Assembly: GCA_965206845.1 (NCBI GenBank)
Contig: OZ242221.1
Coordinates: 352,001-416,000 of the forward strand
From: Cenarchaeum sp.
Lineage (GTDB): Archaea; Thermoproteota; Nitrososphaeria; Nitrososphaerales; Nitrosopumilaceae
Reading direction: 5' to 3'
Length of the DNA: 64,000 nucleotides
A program made the position numbers and the translations under genes. The stretch's first letter is position 1; every line of letters begins with the position of its first letter. This document shows positions 59,341 through 64,000 of this stretch, piece after piece. The notes under the pieces were generated by a model. It was not told where the DNA came from. It searched no databases and saw nothing but the letters and a program-made list of their open reading frames with translations.

Positions 59341-60870
59341 GTTATGCGCGGCATTCACGTCCGCGTCGATGTCATTGTAACACTTGTCATTGGTGCAGCG
59401 GAACTCCCCCCGCGACACCCTGGATTCCTTGTCCTTGCGCCCGCAGGCGCTGCATGTTATGCTCGTCCCCTTGGGGTCCACCATTATCACGGTGACGCCC
59501 GCGTTCTTGCAGGCGCCCTTTATCTGGCGCTGGAACGTGCCCGGCCTCGAGTAGGCCATCTCGCGGTTGAGCCCCGTCTTTGCCGAGCTTCCCTTGCCCT
59601 TTACCTTGGCTGTCATGTTGTTGAGGTCCAGATCCTCCATAACCACCGTTCCCGCGCCGTCCGCTATCTTCTTGGAGGCGTGCCTTTCCCAGTTCGTCTG
59701 GCGGTTGGCTATCTTTTCCCTCTTTTTCCGGATCCTCCTGTGGAGTTCCTTGTAGCCCCTTGACTTTGGCTTCCTCGGCTTGTTCCTGTTGTGGCCGCTG
59801 GTGTTGTTCTTGGTGTCGCCGTTGGTGCCGGTACCACCGTCCGCGCCCTCGCTTACGCCGTCCGCGCCCTCCTTGGCGTCCTGCCTGATCCTGCGGTTGC
59901 CGCGTCCCCCGCGCTTCCGTGAGAGCTCCGAGTACATTTTCGATATGTCGTCGTTCTTGGAGCGCCTGCAGCCCTTGGGGAGGTCATAAAACGCGTGGCT
60001 GCCCGTGTCCAGGTCGACTGTGGCGGCGCCATGGACTATGCCCATATCGACCCCGCGTACGGTGCCGGATTCCGATGACTCTGGAGCCCTGGTTTTGACC
60101 TGGATGTGGAGCCTGTATGTCCTGTTGTGGCTCTCGGTGCGCTTGGTCGTCTTCTTCGTGGTCTCGACGAGCTGGAAGGATCGCATGTCCAATCCCTCCA
60201 CGTTGCCGTGCACCCTCACGGTGCCTATGGCGGGAAGGTGCAGCAGGCCGTTGCCCTTGTACACGGGACGCTTGAACACAGTTAGGGCCTTCGTTTCCCC
60301 CTTTTTGCTGAACAGGGTGTCCCTGAAGCGCCACTTGTTCCTCTTGTTGCTCCACTTGTTGGACGGCAGGTTGGGCGCGGTGTCGATGTCCTTGACGCCC
60401 TCCTTTTCCCTGTATTTCCTGGCCAGGTACTTCCATAATGACTTGTTGCGGCGCTTTTTGCCGTTTGACTTCATGAACTTCTTTACCGCGTCCAGGCCCT
60501 GCTGGAGCCCCGCCCTCTGCACCCTGCTGTCGCAGGCCTCCCTGAGTCCTGCTGCCGGCGCGTCCTCGTCGTGTACGAGCCACGCCCTCCCGTCCCTCCA
60601 TTTGGTGAGCATGCTGTTGAGGTCGAACTTGGTTGTCCTCGGGTCGTTGAGCTTCTCCTTGACTGCCATGTTGAATGCCCACCTCTGCTGGTCCATGTGA
60701 CGGGATATGAGATCCGACAGCTCTCCGGACTGGTCAAAGTCCACCTTTATGGTGCGCACCATGGAGCCCTCCATTGAGCGCCTTGGCCACTTTTTTGGCT
60801 TCTGCGGCGCCGTAGATGCCGCTGTTGGGGTTGCAGCTGCAGGCGCTGTTGCCGCCATTCTGGCTTTCAT
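59164..60870 (-). CDS. tnpB: TnpB-like RNA-guided RuvC endonuclease (568 aa)
   Basis: RGVDMGI, VVMEDLD, TSITCSAC...FRCTNDKC, DADVNAAHNI; colinear homolog of copy 1; start at MKARMA. Confidence 0.88.
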   Translation of the reverse strand: MKARMAATAPAAATPTAASTAPQKPKKWPRRSMEGSMVRTIKVDFDQSGELSDLISRHMDQQRWAFNMAVKEKLNDPRTTKFDLNSMLTKWRDGRAWLVHDEDAPAAGLREACDSRVQRAGLQQGLDAVKKFMKSNGKKRRNKSLWKYLARKYREKEGVKDIDTAPNLPSNKWSNKRNKWRFRDTLFSKKGETKALTVFKRPVYKGNGLLHLPAIGTVRVHGNVEGLDMRSFQLVETTKKTTKRTESHNRTYRLHIQVKTRAPESSESGTVRGVDMGIVHGAATVDLDTGSHAFYDLPKGCRRSKNDDISKMYSELSRKRGGRGNRRIRQDAKEGADGVSEGADGGTGTNGDTKNNTSGHNRNKPRKPKSRGYKELHRRIRKKREKIANRQTNWERHASKKIADGAGTVVMEDLDLNNMTAKVKGKGSSAKTGLNREMAYSRPGTFQRQIKGACKNAGVTVIMVDPKGTSITCSACGRKDKESRVSRGEFRCTNDKCYNDIDADVNAAHNIASRAEAVAAGRQGLSSEGARSQRGIAPARSANSTREPSVGGSARAPAKGKGTVYFCI

Positions 60871-61053
60871 CTCTACAGGAACATACCACGTGTTGCATAA
60901 AAGGTGACGCGGCGCCGCCGCGCCGGCCGTCAGCCCTGCAATGGCGACCGATGCCGTTGTGCGGCCCGTGCGGTTCCGGCCGTCATGGTTGCCGCGCGGG
61001 CGCCGCGCAATGGAAGCGCGCCCGACGTGAAGCCGAAAAAGTGTAGAAGGCCG

Positions 61054-61076
61054 GTGTACTTTTGTATATAATTCCC
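61054..61076 (-). repeat. Terminal inverted repeat (tnpB 5' side), copy 2
   Basis: GTGTACTTTTGTATATAATTCCC, exact reverse complement of 59159-59181. Confidence 0.9.
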
Positions 61077-61183
61077 GTTGATCACACCGGGGGTTTGCTG
61101 CTTCCGCCCCGGGGCACTCTGCCCTGGCGCGGCCCGGGCAGCAGACAGAATACATTAAATGAATCCAGACACAGGGATACACC

Positions 61184-62263
61184 ATGGAGGTTTCGCAGGC
61201 GCCGGCCCTGATGTCTGCGCGCAAGAGGTTCCTGCTTGCCAGCATGACAGTCAGCCTTGGCTCCATGATAACCATCACGGCCGGATTCTGGGACGTCATG
61301 AACCACGTCCTAAACAGGCCGGAGTCGTTCTTCTCCCCTCCCCACGCCATGCTCTACTCTGGCGTCGCGATCGCCCTGGCCGGATCAGTCATGGCATTTG
61401 TGTTCTGGAGGGGGCTCGATCCGTCCGCACGGGCGGCCTGGCGCTTTCCCTTCAGGCTGGGCATCGTGGGAATCTTCATCCTGGTCGGGGCCGGCCCCGC
61501 AGACTTTGCGTGGCACTCGAACTTTGGCCTGGACGGGCTGCTCTCGCCCCCTCACCAGGTTCTGCTTGCGGGCATGCTGCTGTGCGCCGTCGCCCCGGCA
61601 GTCGTGATTCTTCGCTACGGAATGGACCACGTACGATCCCGCGGCGCCCTCACGGGCATGGCCATATTCTCGCTTCTTCCGGTGTGGATGAGCGCAACGG
61701 GATTCCTGTACTCGTACACCCTGCCGTTCTCAAACACCGACTTTTTCACCTACAATCCCGACATCTGGTTTGCGGTGGTATTTGCCACCGTGTCGATGCC
61801 GTTCCTGTACGCCATAGTCCTCACTCTGGCGTCCCGGCTGGTCCGATACCGGTTTGGGGCGGTGTCCGGCCTGGGCTTTATGCTGCTGGCGATAAACGCG
61901 GCAAGCGTCATAGCCTCAAACCCCGCCCTCGTCGAGACGATTCCGTTCTACTTTCTGACCATGATACCGTTTGTGGCAGCCGACATCATGATGGCAACGT
62001 ACAGGAACAGGGCTGGCATTGCAGCCGCCGGGGCCATCATAGGATCCGCCTTTTACTTTGCATATTTCCCGTTTGTGACGTACGTCTACAACGAGGTGAT
62101 CTTTACCCGTGCAATATCGGGCAGCGTCACGTTCCAGGTCTTCTTTGAGCAGCTTCCCGTGGTGCTGCCGGCGGTGATAGGCCCCGCCGTCATAATGGGA
62201 ATCCTGGGCGCGATACTCAGCGGGAGGCTTGAGGCGCTAATAGTCGGGCACCGCGCCAGGTAG
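61184..62263 (+). CDS. Multi-pass membrane protein, hypothetical
   Basis: Many hydrophobic helices; repeated WDVMNH..FFSPPH / DFAWH..LLSPPH motifs. Confidence 0.75.
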   Translation: MEVSQAPALMSARKRFLLASMTVSLGSMITITAGFWDVMNHVLNRPESFFSPPHAMLYSGVAIALAGSVMAFVFWRGLDPSARAAWRFPFRLGIVGIFILVGAGPADFAWHSNFGLDGLLSPPHQVLLAGMLLCAVAPAVVILRYGMDHVRSRGALTGMAIFSLLPVWMSATGFLYSYTLPFSNTDFFTYNPDIWFAVVFATVSMPFLYAIVLTLASRLVRYRFGAVSGLGFMLLAINAASVIASNPALVETIPFYFLTMIPFVAADIMMATYRNRAGIAAAGAIIGSAFYFAYFPFVTYVYNEVIFTRAISGSVTFQVFFEQLPVVLPAVIGPAVIMGILGAILSGRLEALIVGHRAR

Positions 62264-62479
62264 CCGCGGTTCCCCAAACGGCACACCCTGCGGCAGGGCC
62301 CGCAGCGGTCTTTTGCGGCACCAGAAACAGCGCGGCCTGGGCCCGATGGCAGGCGGCGCCGGATTCGGCGCCACATCGTGTAAAAAAAAAATATGCCGCA
62401 TCAGCGGCTGCGGTAGATCAGGGGGTCTTCGTCGTCGTCAAACTCCCGTATTATGCGCGGGAAGAATCCCTTGGACATC

Positions 62480-62895
62480 TCAGATACCCCCTACCTCTGA
62501 CGGGCGGAACGATGCGACCCCGACCCACTGGGACACGCGGTGAAGATCTTCGTCCCGCGTCACAAGGGGGAGGCTCCTCTCACGGCAGAATGCCAGGATA
62601 CGGTTGTCGCCGTGGTGGCACATGTGGTACCTGGAGCTCAAGCGCTCTGCCTCGGCGATGTGCCGTTCCTCTATTGAGATCACGTCCACCTCCCGCCCAA
62701 GGAGTCTCTGAATCCTTGCGGATATGCTGTGCACATCAAATCCACGACCTTCTTTGCCTCGCGGCACACCACGTCGGTCAGCACGAACCTGATCGACTTG
62801 CCGCGGAGCCGTCTGCGCATCTTCTGGGCAAAGATGTCAGCCTCCATGATGTCGATCACCATGCAGGTATCAAGCACAACTTGTCTTTGTGTCAT
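62480..62895 (-). pseudogene. PIN-domain (VapC-like) gene with a 1-bp frameshift
   Basis: MTQRQVVLDTC...CREAKKV is in one frame; RGFDV...HHGDNRIL...LVTRDEDL is in the next; junction near 62745. Confidence 0.75.
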
Positions 62896-62936
62896 GAGTA
62901 TAATGGGTCGAAAGCAATTATTATATACCGTTACAT

Positions 62937-62950
62937 TAGTATGCATACTA
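62937..62950. promoter_or_regulatory. 14-bp perfect palindrome, candidate operator
   Basis: TAGTATGCATACTA between TTATATA (62921-62927) and the ATG at 62961. Confidence 0.55.
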
Positions 62951-62960
62951 TACAGACTAA

Positions 62961-63698
62961 ATGAACAAACCAAACCTGCGAATCCACATCGCTCCCGTCG
63001 GCTACGAGATTGACAGGATCGTGCTTCCCGCAAGGGAGAGGCGGGCCGACCGGGTCTACCTAATGGTACACGAGAATCCGGGACAGGACAGGGCGCTCGG
63101 GTTCATCGAGGCGGTAAAGGAGAGGCTGGAGGAGCAGAGTATCGAGGTCAGGACGGCAGACCACGACCGCCTGGATCTCTTCAGCATCATAAAGGCGGTC
63201 AAGGAGATAATAAGAGGCGAGTGTGGCAACAACGTCTATGTCAACCTGGCCTCGGGATCCAAGATTCAGGCCGTCGGAGGCATGATGGCATGCATGATGT
63301 TCAACGAGGAGAACAACGTGATACCGTTCTATGTGGAGGCAGAGGAGTACGCGAGCCCCCAGAACGAGCAGAGCTCAAGCGGGATCAGGGAGATCATGGA
63401 CATTCCCCCATACGAGATTCAAAAGCCGGCAGAGAGGCTGATCAGGGCGCTAAGGATAGTGCGTGACAAGGGGAGGATCAGCAAGAAGGAGATGGCCGAC
63501 CTGTGCGACGAGGAGGGAATAATCAAGGTGGATCCAAAAAAGACGAGTCGCTCCCAGGCGCTGTTCACAAGCCTGGACATGAACATAATACAGCCGCTAA
63601 AGGTCCAGTGGGGGTTTATAGAGGAGGAGAAGATCGGCAGAAACCGCTGGCTTGAGATTACCGAGGATGGCAAGAATGCCGCAAAGTTTCTGATCTAG
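62961..63698 (+). CDS. DUF6293 / HFX_2341-type (CARF-like + winged helix) transcriptional regulator
   Basis: RIHIAPVGYEIDRI, ADRVYL, VYVNLASGSK, C-terminal wHTH ending EKIGRNRWLEITEDG. Confidence 0.75.
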   Translation: MNKPNLRIHIAPVGYEIDRIVLPARERRADRVYLMVHENPGQDRALGFIEAVKERLEEQSIEVRTADHDRLDLFSIIKAVKEIIRGECGNNVYVNLASGSKIQAVGGMMACMMFNEENNVIPFYVEAEEYASPQNEQSSSGIREIMDIPPYEIQKPAERLIRALRIVRDKGRISKKEMADLCDEEGIIKVDPKKTSRSQALFTSLDMNIIQPLKVQWGFIEEEKIGRNRWLEITEDGKNAAKFLI

Positions 63699-63770
63699 GC
63701 CGTGCTAGTATGTCCGGGCATGGTATGGCCTGGCCGCGTGGCAGACCGGCCCGGCACGCGGCCGCCCGGG

Positions 63771-64000
63771 CTAGCCGCCCGTGAGCCTTGCAAACTTTTC
63801 GTTCTTGCTGAGCTTCTCCATGAACTCGATGTTGGAGAGCGCAACCACGGCAGACTCGACCACCGGCGGGTCGGGATCGTCTAGCGCCCTCTCCAGGGCC
63901 TGCCTGGCATCCCTGTTTCCGATTACGCCCAGCGCTATCGCCGCCTCGTGCCTTACAAACATGCTGGAGTCGTTCAGGGTGGCATCCTCAAGGTGTTTTA
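63771..64000 (-). CDS. HEAT-repeat protein (3' part; runs off the window)
   Basis: FVRHEAAIALGVIG, LERALDDPDPPVVESAVVAL (PBS-lyase HEAT-like). Confidence 0.75.
   Translation of the reverse strand, partial: KHLEDATLNDSSMFVRHEAAIALGVIGNRDARQALERALDDPDPPVVESAVVALSNIEFMEKLSKNEKFARLTGG

Larger units (their letters stand above)
59159..61076 (-). mobile_element. TIR-bounded non-autonomous element carrying tnpB, copy 2 (IS1595/ISNwi-like ends)
   Basis: Perfect 23-bp TIR GGGAATTATATACAAAAGTACAC at 59159-59181 and inverted at 61054-61076; perfect 8-bp TSD GTTGATCA at 59151-59158 and 61077-61084. Confidence 0.9.

Noticed and set aside
23359-61076. Cas12f/Cas14 CRISPR system interpretation of the TnpBs
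   Set aside because: I saw no repeat-spacer array and no cas1/cas2/cas4 near either gene or elsewhere in the window.

Overview
This 64-kb window looks like a high-GC thaumarchaeal (Nitrosopumilaceae/Cenarchaeum-like) chromosome segment; the taxon is inferred from gene content and order. Housekeeping blocks: rpl40e, sucCD, ileS, purD/folD/purN, uvrBAC, two LeuC/LeuD-type pairs, rpoD-rpl18e-rpl13-rps9, the exosome superoperon, NAD genes and nurA-herA-mre11-rad50. The left end is an accessory glycine-cleavage/lipoate cluster that also carries an LLM oxidoreductase and a type III PKS-like condensing enzyme. It ends at a decayed integrase next to a tRNA-Val(CAC) with a 20-nt BHB intron at position 44/45. 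The standout is two related elements (23359-25488 and 59159-61076), each encoding only a ~567-aa TnpB-like RuvC nuclease with an intact D-E-D triad and no TnpA. Both are bounded by terminal inverted repeats starting GGGAATTA and by 8-bp target-site duplications. These are the hallmarks of DDE (IS1595/ISNwi-like) transposition rather than IS200/IS605/IS607. Several genes carry frameshifts (uvrB, nadX, a PIN gene, a membrane-protein gene); the single-base ones could be assembly errors. All family assignments are from motif recognition, not database searches.
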